From positions 1 through 62,358 of the forward strand of contig JASFEF010000003.1 of NCBI GenBank assembly GCA_050124975.1: a stretch of DNA of 62,358 nucleotides, written 5' to 3'. A program made the translations under genes and the position numbers. Below the pieces are notes generated by a model. That model saw nothing but the letters and a program-made list of their open reading frames with translations. It was not told the origin of the DNA and searched no databases. Shown piece after piece: positions 10,289 to 19,859 of the stretch; positions within the stretch are counted from its first letter, which is position 1, and the number at the start of each line of letters is the position of its first letter. Source of the stretch: Candidatus Thorarchaeota archaeon. Its GTDB lineage: Archaea > Asgardarchaeota > Thorarchaeia > Thorarchaeales > Thorarchaeaceae.

Positions 10289-11632
10289 TTGGTTTTAGAA
10301 GGACTTGGAAAATCACTCAACTCAGCTCTAAAGAAGCTCTTCGGCGCAAGTGTCGTAGACGAGGAATTAGTGAAGGAGTTAGTGAAAGACATCCAACGTG
10401 CCCTATTGGTTGCTGACGTGGATGTCAATCTTGTTATGGCAATAACTGAGAGAGTACAAGAACAAGCCCTAGACGAAACCCTGCCAAGAGGTGTATCACG
10501 TCGTGAACATGTAGTCCGTGTTGTTTGGGACACTCTGGCATTTTTCTTGGGAGAGAAGACAGTTCCATTGACAATCAACCCAGGAAAGCCCAACCTTGTT
10601 ATGATGGTGGGCATTCAAGGATCGGGAAAGACAACAACCATCGGGAAACTTGCCCGATACTATCAGAAGCGGGGTATTAAGACGGGAGTGATCTGTGCAG
10701 ACAATTTCAGACCAGGAGCCTATAACCAGTTAAAGCAACTTGCTGAGAAATCAAATGTTCCTTTCTGGGGAGATGAGGAAGAAAAAGACGCCACAAAGCT
10801 AGCAAAGAAAGGCGTTAAAGAGATGCAGAAGAAAGGGATTGAACTCATTCTCCTAGACACTTCGGGTAGGCATAGAGAAGAAACTGGACTCATCAAAGAA
10901 ATGCGCGATATCTCAAAGAGTGTAAAACCCCAAGAGATTGTCTTGGTCATAGATGGCACTCTTGGTCAGCAAGCAGGGGTTCAAGCTGCTGCTTTCCAGA
11001 AGGCAACAGACATTGGATCGATAATAATCACTAAACTTGATGGAGGTGCCAAAGGTGGTGGTGCGCTCTCAGCTGTTGCAGCAACACAAGCGCCAATCAA
11101 GTTCATTGGTGTTGGAGAAGGAATGGATGCCATTGAGCCTTTCAATCCAACAAAGTTTGCTGGACGACTTCTTGGAATGTCAGATATCCGAGGACTCATA
11201 GATAAAGTGCGGGAGGCTCAGATTGAGGTCGAAGAAGACGCTGCGAAGAGGATTATGAAGGGGCAGTTCTCATTGAAGGATATGATGGCCCAGATGAAGC
11301 AGCTCAAGAAGATGGGGCCGATTGGGAAAGTCCTGGAGATGTTAGGCCTTCAATACAAACTCCCTGAAGGAATGGCGGAGATTCAAGAAGAGAACATGAA
11401 GCGATGGGAAGTAATAATGAATTCAATGACAAAGACTGAGTTAGAGGAGCCCAAGTTGATCAAATCGTCAAGGATCAAGCGAATTGCCAAAGGCTCTGGA
11501 ACCTCTCAGAAAGATGTCAGAGACCTCCTCAAGCAACATGAACAAATGAAGAAGATGATGAAGGCGATGGGTAAACAACGCAGAGGCCGGAAAGGAGGAA
11601 TTCCTGGATTTCCAGGTCTTCCAGGTACATGA
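10289..11632 (+). CDS. srp54: Signal recognition particle protein SRP54
   Basis: NG domain GIQGSGKTTT, DTSGR and TKLDG, plus a Met-rich M domain. The ORF opens at 10241, but TTG at 10289 gives the canonical MVLEGLGKSL N-terminus. Confidence 0.95.
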   Translation: MVLEGLGKSLNSALKKLFGASVVDEELVKELVKDIQRALLVADVDVNLVMAITERVQEQALDETLPRGVSRREHVVRVVWDTLAFFLGEKTVPLTINPGKPNLVMMVGIQGSGKTTTIGKLARYYQKRGIKTGVICADNFRPGAYNQLKQLAEKSNVPFWGDEEEKDATKLAKKGVKEMQKKGIELILLDTSGRHREETGLIKEMRDISKSVKPQEIVLVIDGTLGQQAGVQAAAFQKATDIGSIIITKLDGGAKGGGALSAVAATQAPIKFIGVGEGMDAIEPFNPTKFAGRLLGMSDIRGLIDKVREAQIEVEEDAAKRIMKGQFSLKDMMAQMKQLKKMGPIGKVLEMLGLQYKLPEGMAEIQEENMKRWEVIMNSMTKTELEEPKLIKSSRIKRIAKGSGTSQKDVRDLLKQHEQMKKMMKAMGKQRRGRKGGIPGFPGLPGT

Positions 11633-11649
11633 AACGTTCATAGTAGATT

Positions 11650-12111
11650 GTGATTATAGTGCGCCGCTTTCTTGTTAAGTTCGAGAAGTTCCCAATTGAC
11701 AGAAGTTCTGTGAAGTCCGGACAGAACAGCCCTGAAGTGATTATTGCATGTCGCTGCGTCAATGTAGGATTGTTCATTTCAGGAGATCTTCGTCGAGATG
11801 TGATTGTATCATTAGCCATAGGAACTGAAGAAGATTTTCGGGTAGTATCATTTCCAGGACACTCCCTGAGAAGGGTTTCGCCAGATGAGCGATCAATCTC
11901 ATTCTTCCTACTGAAAGCAATGGAAAAAATGCAGAATCTTGAACTAGGAGAAGCATCCATAATGGACAATGGAATCGAGCTTGAAAGGTCATCACTAGAC
12001 GAATTGGTTGAATTATGGGGGTCTAGTGTTATCCAAGTACCTTCAGACAGTCCAGAGAGGTTCATCCTTGATGCCAATCTTTCTGCAGATAGACTAGAAA
12101 ACACACCATGA
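11650..12111 (+). CDS. trmY: SPOUT methyltransferase resembling tRNA (pseudouridine54-N1)-methyltransferase TrmY
   Basis: CRCV..GLFIS..LRRDV and PDERSISFFLLKA match the TrmY (DUF358) signatures as I recall them. The antisense ORF 11529-12104 is rejected. Confidence 0.65.
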   Translation: MIIVRRFLVKFEKFPIDRSSVKSGQNSPEVIIACRCVNVGLFISGDLRRDVIVSLAIGTEEDFRVVSFPGHSLRRVSPDERSISFFLLKAMEKMQNLELGEASIMDNGIELERSSLDELVELWGSSVIQVPSDSPERFILDANLSADRLENTP

Positions 12112-12173
12112 AGAAAGCTTCATAATATCAGCATTCCAATTTTCCAATTGAACCAATCATCGAGTGTGAAACT

Positions 12174-13352
12174 TTGCCTACCAATACATCTCCAGAGTTT
12201 GATAGACAGAGGATAGTTTACGAAGAAACAGAAGACCTCGCTCAGAGGATAGTAGAGCTGGAGAAACTTCTATCTCTTGCACCCAGACATAAGGGTGCAG
12301 AGCGAATGAAGGGTGACTACAGGAAGAAACTAGCGACACTTAAAGCTCAGTTAGAGAAGAAACGAGAACAGGATCGTGCTCGTCGGAGTGGGGGCGGTTC
12401 AGAAGAGGGAGTTGTCAGAAAAGAAGGAGCTGGACAAATCTGTCTCATCGGTGTTACAAACAGTGGAAAATCAACACTCATCAATGCAGTCACCAATGCA
12501 GAGTTTGATGTCGGAGACTATCCCTTCACAACACCGATTCCAACACCAGCCATGTTGACTCTTGAAGACATTAATATTCAGCTCGTAGAACTTCCAGGAG
12601 TCTTTGAAGGCAGCCACGAAGCGGGGATAGGTCGACAAGCTTTAGCAGTGGCTCGAAACTCTGATTGTATTGCCCTAGTTATTGACCTCTCCAAAGATAT
12701 TGATTCACAGATGAACATCATACTTGGGGAATTAAATGCAGCAAGAATTCGTCTTAACAAGGAGAAATCAGCGGTTAGGATTGAGAGAGTGGGACTTGGG
12801 GGCCATATGATCTATGGAGCTCAGAATTTTCAAGGAGACATTGAAGAAGTAAGAGAATATCTTCAAGCTCGCAAAATCACAAACATAATTGTCCGATTCC
12901 AAAAACCAGCAACCTTCGATCAGTTTGTTGATGCCATGGACACTAGTGTTGCATATGTTCGTGCAATGATTGTGGCTACAAAGGGTGACGCAGAGGGATC
13001 TGAAGCGAGATTCAAAGAGCTGGAAGAGAAGTACAGTCACCGGTTTGATATAATCCCTATTTCTGCCGAAAAGAATGAAAATCTCGATGGGATGAGCTGG
13101 TCATTCTATGAACATCTCGACATACTACGGGTCTATACAAAGATACCAGGGAAGAGAAGAGAAGACAAACCAATTGTGCTTCCTGAAGGTTCTGTAGTGG
13201 AGGATGCAGCAGGGAAAGTGCACAAGGAACTATTTGTAGAGAGGTTCCGTTCTGCAGTCATACTCAGGGCTAATGATAAGATAAAGAGAAGAACTGTAGG
13301 CCTTAGCTATCCACTTGAGGATGGAGACGTATTGCAGCTCGCCCATAGGTAG
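12174..13352 (+). CDS. OBG/DRG-family GTPase with a C-terminal TGS domain
   Basis: G1 GVTNSGKST, G2 DYPFTT, G3 ELPG, G4 TKGD. C-terminal TGS-like segment (...EDGDVLQL). N-terminal coiled-coil extension. Confidence 0.85.
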   Translation: MPTNTSPEFDRQRIVYEETEDLAQRIVELEKLLSLAPRHKGAERMKGDYRKKLATLKAQLEKKREQDRARRSGGGSEEGVVRKEGAGQICLIGVTNSGKSTLINAVTNAEFDVGDYPFTTPIPTPAMLTLEDINIQLVELPGVFEGSHEAGIGRQALAVARNSDCIALVIDLSKDIDSQMNIILGELNAARIRLNKEKSAVRIERVGLGGHMIYGAQNFQGDIEEVREYLQARKITNIIVRFQKPATFDQFVDAMDTSVAYVRAMIVATKGDAEGSEARFKELEEKYSHRFDIIPISAEKNENLDGMSWSFYEHLDILRVYTKIPGKRREDKPIVLPEGSVVEDAAGKVHKELFVERFRSAVILRANDKIKRRTVGLSYPLEDGDVLQLAHR

Positions 13353-13355
13353 GGA

Positions 13356-14099
13356 TTGCACTTGGTTGAATTTCCAAATCTGGTTGTTGTTCTTGTGGGT
13401 CCGGAGAATCCGGGAAATGTTGGTTTTGTGACGAGAACGTTAGCAAACTTTGGAGTGCATGAACTAAGAATAGTGGGTGAAGATCATCGACAAGACCAGT
13501 TTGCAAAGATGTTCTCAGTACACGCCCATGAGATTCTGGACAATGCAGGTATCTTTGATGATTTGGGCTCTGCTCTCTCGGATGTTGATCTAGCATGGGC
13601 TGCAACTGCGAGGGCAGGCAGAAATCATAGTGTCACACGAGCCTTGGTTCCACTTGCTGAACTGCCCAATCCGAATTCGCTCGAGAGTCGGATTGCGTTG
13701 GTCTTTGGTAGAGAGAGTACGGGACTGTTCAATGAGGAGATGGAACTATGTGACTTGGCATTTACAATACCCACTTCGAAGGACTATCCAAGCCTCAACC
13801 TCAGTCACGCGGTGTCTGTAGTCCTCTATCATCTTTTCTCAAAGTATGCCCCCGAGGAGCCTCGTCAACCTTCAGAAGCACGAGCTGCAACGTATCAAGA
13901 ACGAGAGCAGGTGTACAAGTTCTTTGATGATGTTGTAGATCAACTGCGTCTAAAAGAACATAGAGTTCCGATTGCCAAACAGGTCTTCAGAAACCTTCTA
14001 GGCAGGGCATACATGACAGGCAGGGAGGTTGCTACGCTCACAGGTGTAGTACGACGAATCAGCGAACTAGTAAATGATAGCAAACAGCTCGTGGACTAG
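13356..14099 (+). CDS. SPOUT (TrmH/TrmJ-type) RNA 2'-O-methyltransferase
   Basis: VVVLVGPENPGNVGFVTRTLANFG and ALVFGRESTGL...IPT...SLNLSHAVSVVLY are class-defining SpoU/TrmJ motifs. Confidence 0.8.
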   Translation: MHLVEFPNLVVVLVGPENPGNVGFVTRTLANFGVHELRIVGEDHRQDQFAKMFSVHAHEILDNAGIFDDLGSALSDVDLAWAATARAGRNHSVTRALVPLAELPNPNSLESRIALVFGRESTGLFNEEMELCDLAFTIPTSKDYPSLNLSHAVSVVLYHLFSKYAPEEPRQPSEARAATYQEREQVYKFFDDVVDQLRLKEHRVPIAKQVFRNLLGRAYMTGREVATLTGVVRRISELVNDSKQLVD

Positions 14100-14635
14100 T
14101 TTCCATAACCCATCTTTCGTTTGATGTCTGGGTCAATCTTGTCAAAGGCAATCTTGCAGGGAGTGGGCATCTTTGGCGCAGCTTTCTTCAGTGCAGCCAT
14201 TGCCTGTTTGATGTGACGAGGGTTGGTGCGAATTGTAATCAAGGGTTGACCAGGTCTAACTCTTGCTGCAATACCTATCACCTTACCCCAAGCTTTTCGC
14301 ATTCCATCCTGAACACGATCTGCACCAGCTCCAGAGATCATCTTGTTCTCTCTGAGGTAATGGTAGGGTTTCACACGTATCCTCAGGTGATAGTTCTGTC
14401 TACCAACTCTCTTGGTCATATGTCGGTTAGAAGCAATACGGGCAGCCTCTAGGGCTTGATGCCTAATCTGGCACCTCTCAAGACCAACCAGTGATAGCTC
14501 TACCTCAAAATCTCCACGAGTGTTGCCCATGTCAAAGCTCACTATTCGGCTTGCAGGCTGTCTGTGGATGTACTTCTTGCGGACGAATGGAGGGCGGTCG
14601 CACTCCCTGTAACAATGTCCAGGTCTCTTTCCCAT
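14096..14635 (-). CDS. rpl10e: 50S ribosomal protein L10e (uL16)
   Basis: MGKRPGHCYR... N-terminus. The ATG at 14635 is preceded by AGGTGAT, complementary to the 16S 3' end, at 5-nt spacing. Confidence 0.95.
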   Translation of the reverse strand: MGKRPGHCYRECDRPPFVRKKYIHRQPASRIVSFDMGNTRGDFEVELSLVGLERCQIRHQALEAARIASNRHMTKRVGRQNYHLRIRVKPYHYLRENKMISGAGADRVQDGMRKAWGKVIGIAARVRPGQPLITIRTNPRHIKQAMAALKKAAPKMPTPCKIAFDKIDPDIKRKMGYGN

Positions 14636-14705
14636 GATTATCACCTGATTGGTCTACGGTCTATAGCATGACCGAATTAGCTCGAACCCGCGAGGATTTC
14701 AATAA

Positions 14706-14721
14706 AAGGATTATGGACTGT
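14706..14721 (+). repeat. Copy of a 16-nt intergenic repeat, AAGGATTATGGACTGT
   Basis: Identical 16-mer at 17532-17547. This copy lies about 70-85 nt upstream of rpl10e, next to an AATAAAA (TATA-like on the minus strand) tract. Confidence 0.7.
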
Positions 14722-14851
14722 GACCTGGGAACAGAGTAGGAAATCGAGTAGATTCTCAAGTGATTATTGTTTTCCTCGAAGAGCATAAATTGATTCATGT
14801 CAATGTATTCTCCGTGGCGTGCGCAAGCACGATTCAGATTTTGGGGGATAA

Positions 14852-15634
14852 ATGTTGAATCCAATCGAGATTAGAAATCTTGTAAAGTCCTATGGCAATT
14901 TGATTGCTGTCAATAACCTATCCTTCGATGTTCGTGAAGGTGAGATCTATGGTCTATTAGGACCAAACGGTGCTGGAAAGACAACAACCTTGAAAGTTAT
15001 GATGGGACTCTTAGATCCTGATTCAGGAACTGTCAATGTCTTTGGAACCAATTCGATCTCTGATCCTATTGAAGTTAAAAAAAGAGTAGGATATGTTCCT
15101 GAAGAACAGCTTCTCTATAATTCGTTAACCTCTCGAGAGATTCTTGAGTTCGTAGCATCAATTCGTGGTCTCGATTATTTTCATGCAAAAAACCGAGTGA
15201 CCGAGATGGCGCGTGCGCTTGATTTTACAAGTCACTATGATAAACCAATTGTGACACTATCTCAGGGGAATAAACAGAAGGCAATGCTTCTCATAGCAAT
15301 GCTACATGCTCCTGATTTGCTGATACTCGATGAGCCTTTCTCTGGGCTAGATGTTAGAACGACTCGTATAATGAAGGATGTTGTTCGTATTCACACAGAA
15401 AAAGGCAGGTCAGTATTACTCAGTACACACGTAATGGAGATGGCAGAGGGTCTGTGTGATCGTGTTGGTATTATCGATGATGGTGTGTTAGTGGCAGAAG
15501 GAACTCTGGAGGAACTTCGGAATCAAGCAGAATCTGAAGGAGCTACGCTGGAGAATGTCTTTCTGAAACTAACAGGTGAAGAGGAGGAAGTCAGAGCGGG
15601 TGTCGATACATTACGGGAGGCTTTGGACAATTGA
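14852..15634 (+). CDS. ABC transporter ATP-binding protein
   Basis: Walker A GPNGAGKTT, signature LSQGNKQK, Walker B LLILDEP. Confidence 0.9.
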   Translation: MLNPIEIRNLVKSYGNLIAVNNLSFDVREGEIYGLLGPNGAGKTTTLKVMMGLLDPDSGTVNVFGTNSISDPIEVKKRVGYVPEEQLLYNSLTSREILEFVASIRGLDYFHAKNRVTEMARALDFTSHYDKPIVTLSQGNKQKAMLLIAMLHAPDLLILDEPFSGLDVRTTRIMKDVVRIHTEKGRSVLLSTHVMEMAEGLCDRVGIIDDGVLVAEGTLEELRNQAESEGATLENVFLKLTGEEEEVRAGVDTLREALDN

Positions 15635-17277
15635 GTTTTCGTGAGCGTTGGAAGATTGCAGGTACCATCGCTCAGGAAATCAGATTTTATGGATTGCTAG
15701 AAGCCAATCCGTCCAATCTTTCTAGAATCAAAGAGAAACCTGAGCAGGTTGTTAAACAAATTAAGAGAAGTGCAACATGGAATGCAGTCCTGACAGGGTT
15801 TATCATTATTATGATTGGTGTTCTGATGGTTGCATCAGTATTGTTCCTTGGAATACCTGGTGAACTCGAACTGAATTTTGCTATATCACTTGGAATCTTC
15901 CTTGGTCTGGGTTTTGTTATAATTTTCTTTGTGAATCTGACCTCCGCAACTGGATTCTTCAATGCAGGCGCTATGTTATTACCTGCTACATTACCATTAA
16001 GCAGATCCGATTTGGAGGGATTGATGACCTTGGTCTTTGTACGAATATTCGTAGCTCCCTTCGTCTTGCTTCTGACTATTTTTCCGATAATAACATCTCT
16101 TGTTTTTGGGATTGTCACAGGAATCTTTGTTCTTGGAGCATTAGCAACAACACTGATTTTGGCCTTGGGTGCCCTAATCAGAGCTGCGGGATGGTTTCAT
16201 CAAAAATCGCAGTCTGGTGACGAATCAGCATTTTCGGTCATCATTCGAGTTGGGGCAGGTATAGGAATGACTCTCGGTATTGTCATGGCCTACAGTGCCA
16301 TGAATTTTGTACCATATATTGTTGAATTTATCATCTATGTTTCAACAGCTTTTAGTCCGGAAGTCCTGAGTGTTTTTGCACTGGTTTTCCCATTCTCCTT
16401 TGGATTCGTTGCGGCAATATTGACATATGGTCCTGTATTCTCTCTCCCAACAAGCATTATTGCTACTGCAGCATCAATCATCTATGTTTTTCTTGGTATG
16501 CGAAGTTATCGTTCAAGCGGTCGAATATTGCGTTCTCTTGCGCTAGGCGGTGTGCCCATGACAGTAGCATCCGCAATAAAGCCAATCGATCTGCGTATCT
16601 CTTCTTCAATTCCGGCTCTTATTAGAAAAGATATCCGTGTCGCAACTCGGAGTCTTGGTTCAATTATGCTCCTTGTGTTTCCTTTTCTAATGATCTTTGC
16701 AATCCTTCCTACTTTGTTCATCGGATACACTGAATCTACCGTTATACGGAGTTTTTCTGTTTTAATGATGGTGGGATATGCTACTATGTTTGCAGGACTA
16801 TCAATGATGGGGCTACTTGGTCTTGATACACAGGGAGCGTCAGTGTACGAAGGATTACCACTTCAAACAAGACAAGTTCTTAACTCGAAGATAGCAATAT
16901 TTGCCATTTCTTATACACTTACATTGTTGATTGTTTTTGTGTTACTTCTATCTAGTAGCTTAATTTCACCATTTCTTCTGTTAATACCATTATTTCAACT
17001 GCCTTGTGCGTATTCGATTGGGGGAGCTGTAGGTGGTGCAATATATCGGATACGTGGTGGTGGTCGAGTAACTTCAGTAAATCTTGTAGGTGATCAGGTA
17101 GTATCACTCATAGCACTGATAGTAAGCGTAACAGTTGGCTTTCTACCTTTGATTGGTTATTCTGTTATCTTATTGCAAACTGGAAGTCATTTGCTATCAG
17201 TCATCTCCCAACTGTCAATATCAATGCTTGAAATGGTTCTGTTGTTAATTGGTATACCCCGTGTCTTGAGAGATTAA
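15631..17277 (+). CDS. ABC-transporter-associated polytopic membrane protein (putative permease)
   Basis: 548 aa with 12 or more hydrophobic helices. Its start overlaps the ATPase stop by 4 nt. Confidence 0.7.
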   Translation: MSFRERWKIAGTIAQEIRFYGLLEANPSNLSRIKEKPEQVVKQIKRSATWNAVLTGFIIIMIGVLMVASVLFLGIPGELELNFAISLGIFLGLGFVIIFFVNLTSATGFFNAGAMLLPATLPLSRSDLEGLMTLVFVRIFVAPFVLLLTIFPIITSLVFGIVTGIFVLGALATTLILALGALIRAAGWFHQKSQSGDESAFSVIIRVGAGIGMTLGIVMAYSAMNFVPYIVEFIIYVSTAFSPEVLSVFALVFPFSFGFVAAILTYGPVFSLPTSIIATAASIIYVFLGMRSYRSSGRILRSLALGGVPMTVASAIKPIDLRISSSIPALIRKDIRVATRSLGSIMLLVFPFLMIFAILPTLFIGYTESTVIRSFSVLMMVGYATMFAGLSMMGLLGLDTQGASVYEGLPLQTRQVLNSKIAIFAISYTLTLLIVFVLLLSSSLISPFLLLIPLFQLPCAYSIGGAVGGAIYRIRGGGRVTSVNLVGDQVVSLIALIVSVTVGFLPLIGYSVILLQTGSHLLSVISQLSISMLEMVLLLIGIPRVLRD

Positions 17278-17491
17278 ATAGAAGATATTGTTGTCAACCT
17301 GTAGACTTGGATTCTTTCTTGCTGTAGGGATTGTCATCGTTGCTGAACTGGTCGGGTGGTATCGATTAATTGAGAGTAGATGATATGTGTTTCATACGAG
17401 AAATAAACACCCTAATCTGAATTGTTTCTGAGAGAGAACCACACTGGTAGGACTAGCAAGTGAAGCCGCGTTCCTAGACTGATGCGTGACA

Positions 17492-17547
17492 TCTCGATGA
17501 TCGGTATCTCAAATAACCGGAGCGCAGGTCTAAGGATTATGGACTGT
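17492..17547 (+). repeat. Interspersed intergenic repeat, copy B
   Basis: 17492-17526 matches 18434-18468 at 32 of 35 positions (TCTCGATRATCGGTATCTCAAAYAACCRGAGCGCA). The tail 17532-17547 is identical to 14706-14721. Confidence 0.75.
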
Positions 17548-17745
17548 TCATACCTTGTTCCGCTTTCTGAACTCAAGTGTGGCAAGAATCAAGATAACGA
17601 TTCCTACAAATAAAAAACCATAGTTGAGATAGCCCAACCATGGTATGGGTACAGTAGTATTGAAGCCAGCGAGTAGTATAAGGACTACACCTATAATTGC
17701 TAATAGAACCCAATAATTCTCCGACTTCTCCATCGCAACCACCAC
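17548..17745 (-). CDS. Small two-helix membrane protein
   Basis: 65-aa ORF with two clear hydrophobic helices. No homology recognised. Confidence 0.4.
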   Translation of the reverse strand: MVVAMEKSENYWVLLAIIGVVLILLAGFNTTVPIPWLGYLNYGFLFVGIVILILATLEFRKRNKV

Positions 17746-17858
17746 CCAAATAGGTTCATTGATTTCTTAAAAGCAAATCATTCAGATGCTGTGCCGTACG
17801 AAAGACAGATGTGATTTCGAACTAATGCATAACTAGACATCATCTGGATGGAGATGAT

Positions 17859-18311
17859 TTGGAGAAGCGCTTGCGGTTGCCCTATGTTGCAGTGGTCCTT
17901 AGTTTACTACTGCCATATGGTGTCATTGAAGGACCCTCGTGGATTGGGACAATCGTACAACAGTGGTTGTTTCCATTCTGGGAAATCGTCAACGTTTCAG
18001 GTACCCACAATTATAGAGCATTCCATTTTCTATTTCCATTCCCTTGGTACGAATTCCCACTGGTTTTGCTGGGTCTGATGTGGTTTATTCTAGGCTTATC
18101 AACAAGCAAGCTCCTGCAAGAGCTCTATATGGGACGAATTCAACGGCGGTTCTTCATATTGCTGCTACTAGGAGCACTGGCATCCCAATACATAATGACC
18201 TATCTGATGCTTTATCATGTCTACATATTCACACTGGACTACGTGCTTCCTTGGCCTGTTCATACACTACTTGTGTTGTCACTAGCTGTTTTGTACAAGA
18301 AGGCACAATAA
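17859..18311 (+). CDS. Membrane protein, unknown function
   Basis: 150 aa with 4 hydrophobic helices and a TTG start. The overlapping alternative frames look non-coding. Confidence 0.5.
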   Translation: MEKRLRLPYVAVVLSLLLPYGVIEGPSWIGTIVQQWLFPFWEIVNVSGTHNYRAFHFLFPFPWYEFPLVLLGLMWFILGLSTSKLLQELYMGRIQRRFFILLLLGALASQYIMTYLMLYHVYIFTLDYVLPWPVHTLLVLSLAVLYKKAQ

Positions 18312-18433
18312 TACATACAGTCAAAATGTAAATATAAAATAATAAAACATATTATTGTGCGTGGAGCTCTGATTGTCACACTAAAGCACGTGCTTTGCTT
18401 GGGGTTGCATGCACACTTCCTTCTAGCTGTGTT

Positions 18434-18468
18434 TCTCGATAATCGGTATCTCAAACAACCAGAGCGCA
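18434..18468 (+). repeat. Interspersed intergenic repeat, copy C
   Basis: 32/35 identity to 17492-17526 in the same orientation. It contains the CGATNATCG palindrome and lies 68-102 nt upstream of the 18536 start codon. Confidence 0.75.
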
Positions 18469-18535
18469 TGCAATTCTAGAAACCCTTCAACATTAATACG
18501 GACTGCAGCAGTATTGTAATTGGGTAGAGGTTTCG

Positions 18536-19069
18536 ATGACTACTGAACATTCAAGCCAGCAGGAGAGAGGAGTCAGGAAATGGTCACGGTCAACTCTTCT
18601 TGTGGTGGTCATAATTCTCATCACTATAGGTGGCACGACCTATTTAGTAGTACAGCGAGAACAGTATACTCGAGTGGTCTACGAAATTGAGGGGCACATA
18701 CTTGAGATTGGTGTCGATTGGCTCTATGGAGAATTCAGGGGGACGGACCTTCCGGGTGACATGTATCTTATGGTGGGCATCGTTGGAGAGATAGCTGAAG
18801 GAACTGGGGGATCTGTGCGATACAATTTCAACCATCGACAGATGGCCCTCGAAGAATATCTTCAGTTGAACGAAACTGAACATGAGGATATGTTCGGTCG
18901 TAGCGAGTCTAGAGAGTACGGTGTACCGGGAACACGTTTCGGGGGCGGTGGATGGGGTGGACCAATCAGAGATGAGACCTATGTGTGGGCTCTCCGTTTC
19001 CTAGAGGTAGGAGGAAGGACTTCAGGAAACATCACTATTTCGTTTCAAGTCATCATTCGTCTTCTTTGA
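18536..19069 (+). CDS. Hypothetical protein with an N-terminal membrane anchor
   Basis: 177 aa. One N-terminal TM helix (LLVVVIILITIGGTTYLVV) followed by a soluble domain. SD-like GGTAGAGGT upstream. Confidence 0.5.
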   Translation: MTTEHSSQQERGVRKWSRSTLLVVVIILITIGGTTYLVVQREQYTRVVYEIEGHILEIGVDWLYGEFRGTDLPGDMYLMVGIVGEIAEGTGGSVRYNFNHRQMALEEYLQLNETEHEDMFGRSESREYGVPGTRFGGGGWGGPIRDETYVWALRFLEVGGRTSGNITISFQVIIRLL

Positions 19070-19153
19070 TTTCTACTTAGGATGCATTGATAACCCCTCA
19101 TGTATTATATCAGGACAGGGATTTTGCAAGACACTGAAAAGGAGTATTGAAAA

Positions 19154-19375
19154 GTGGGAAAGACAGGAGTCGCAGGTGGCGTTTTGGTCTTCATTTTTGG
19201 TTTACTTTTATTCATTGATGATTTACATGATTTTGTGCCAGGAACCGAGTTTCTTCAGTGGTTACCAGATATTTCTGATCCATTCATCATCGGTGGATTC
19301 CAGTTACATCATCTTTACCTTGGCATAATAATCATGCTGATTGGACTAGCCATCGCCGTGAAGTATGATGAGTAG
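19154..19375 (+). CDS. Small membrane protein
   Basis: 73 aa with two hydrophobic helices. GTG start preceded by AAAGGAG. Confidence 0.4.
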   Translation: MGKTGVAGGVLVFIFGLLLFIDDLHDFVPGTEFLQWLPDISDPFIIGGFQLHHLYLGIIIMLIGLAIAVKYDE

Positions 19376-19387
19376 TTGACTAAAGGT

Positions 19388-19792
19388 CTACTTCTCACTC
19401 TTGACTCGAGGTTCTGCTACGACCTGTATTGGATTGCCCTCGGGGTCCTTCAGGTTAAAGTAGGAAACCATGTCAGGGATATCAGTTATGTCAGATGTGT
19501 CAATGCCCTTACTCTCGAGATATGTCTTACATGAATCAAGGTCCTCAACATCCATTGTGAGCGTTCCTGAACCCTGACGATGTTCACCCTCTCGTATCAG
19601 ATTGATGCCCAGCTTGGCTCCTTCTGCGGGGAGTGCGAACTCAGCCCACCCGACCTCTGCTCCTCCATCCCATTTGATTTCTAATCCCATGACTTCGGAA
19701 TAGAACTTCTTTGCACGGTCGAAGTCCTTCACTTGATACTGAAAATACACTGATCCCTTTTTGTAAGGCATTGGCCATTTCTTGTCGCCCAT
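19388..19792 (-). CDS. VOC/glyoxalase-family protein
   Basis: VYFQYQVKDFDRAKKFYSEVMGLEI and the paired beta-alpha-beta-beta-beta pattern. The internal ATG at 19792 avoids overlap with the upstream gene. Confidence 0.8.
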   Translation of the reverse strand: MGDKKWPMPYKKGSVYFQYQVKDFDRAKKFYSEVMGLEIKWDGGAEVGWAEFALPAEGAKLGINLIREGEHRQGSGTLTMDVEDLDSCKTYLESKGIDTSDITDIPDMVSYFNLKDPEGNPIQVVAEPRVKSEK

Positions 19793-19859
19793 AATAATCA
19801 CGTCACTCAATATGTAGAGTCTAAATTTAACTATTGTGAATAATGGTTTGGGGTGAAAC

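Noticed and set aside
10228-10614. 128-aa ORF on the minus strand
   Set aside because: It is antisense to SRP54.
11529-12104. 191-aa ORF on the minus strand
   Set aside because: It is antisense to the TrmY-like gene, which carries recognisable SPOUT motifs. The S-rich composition is consistent with a shadow frame.
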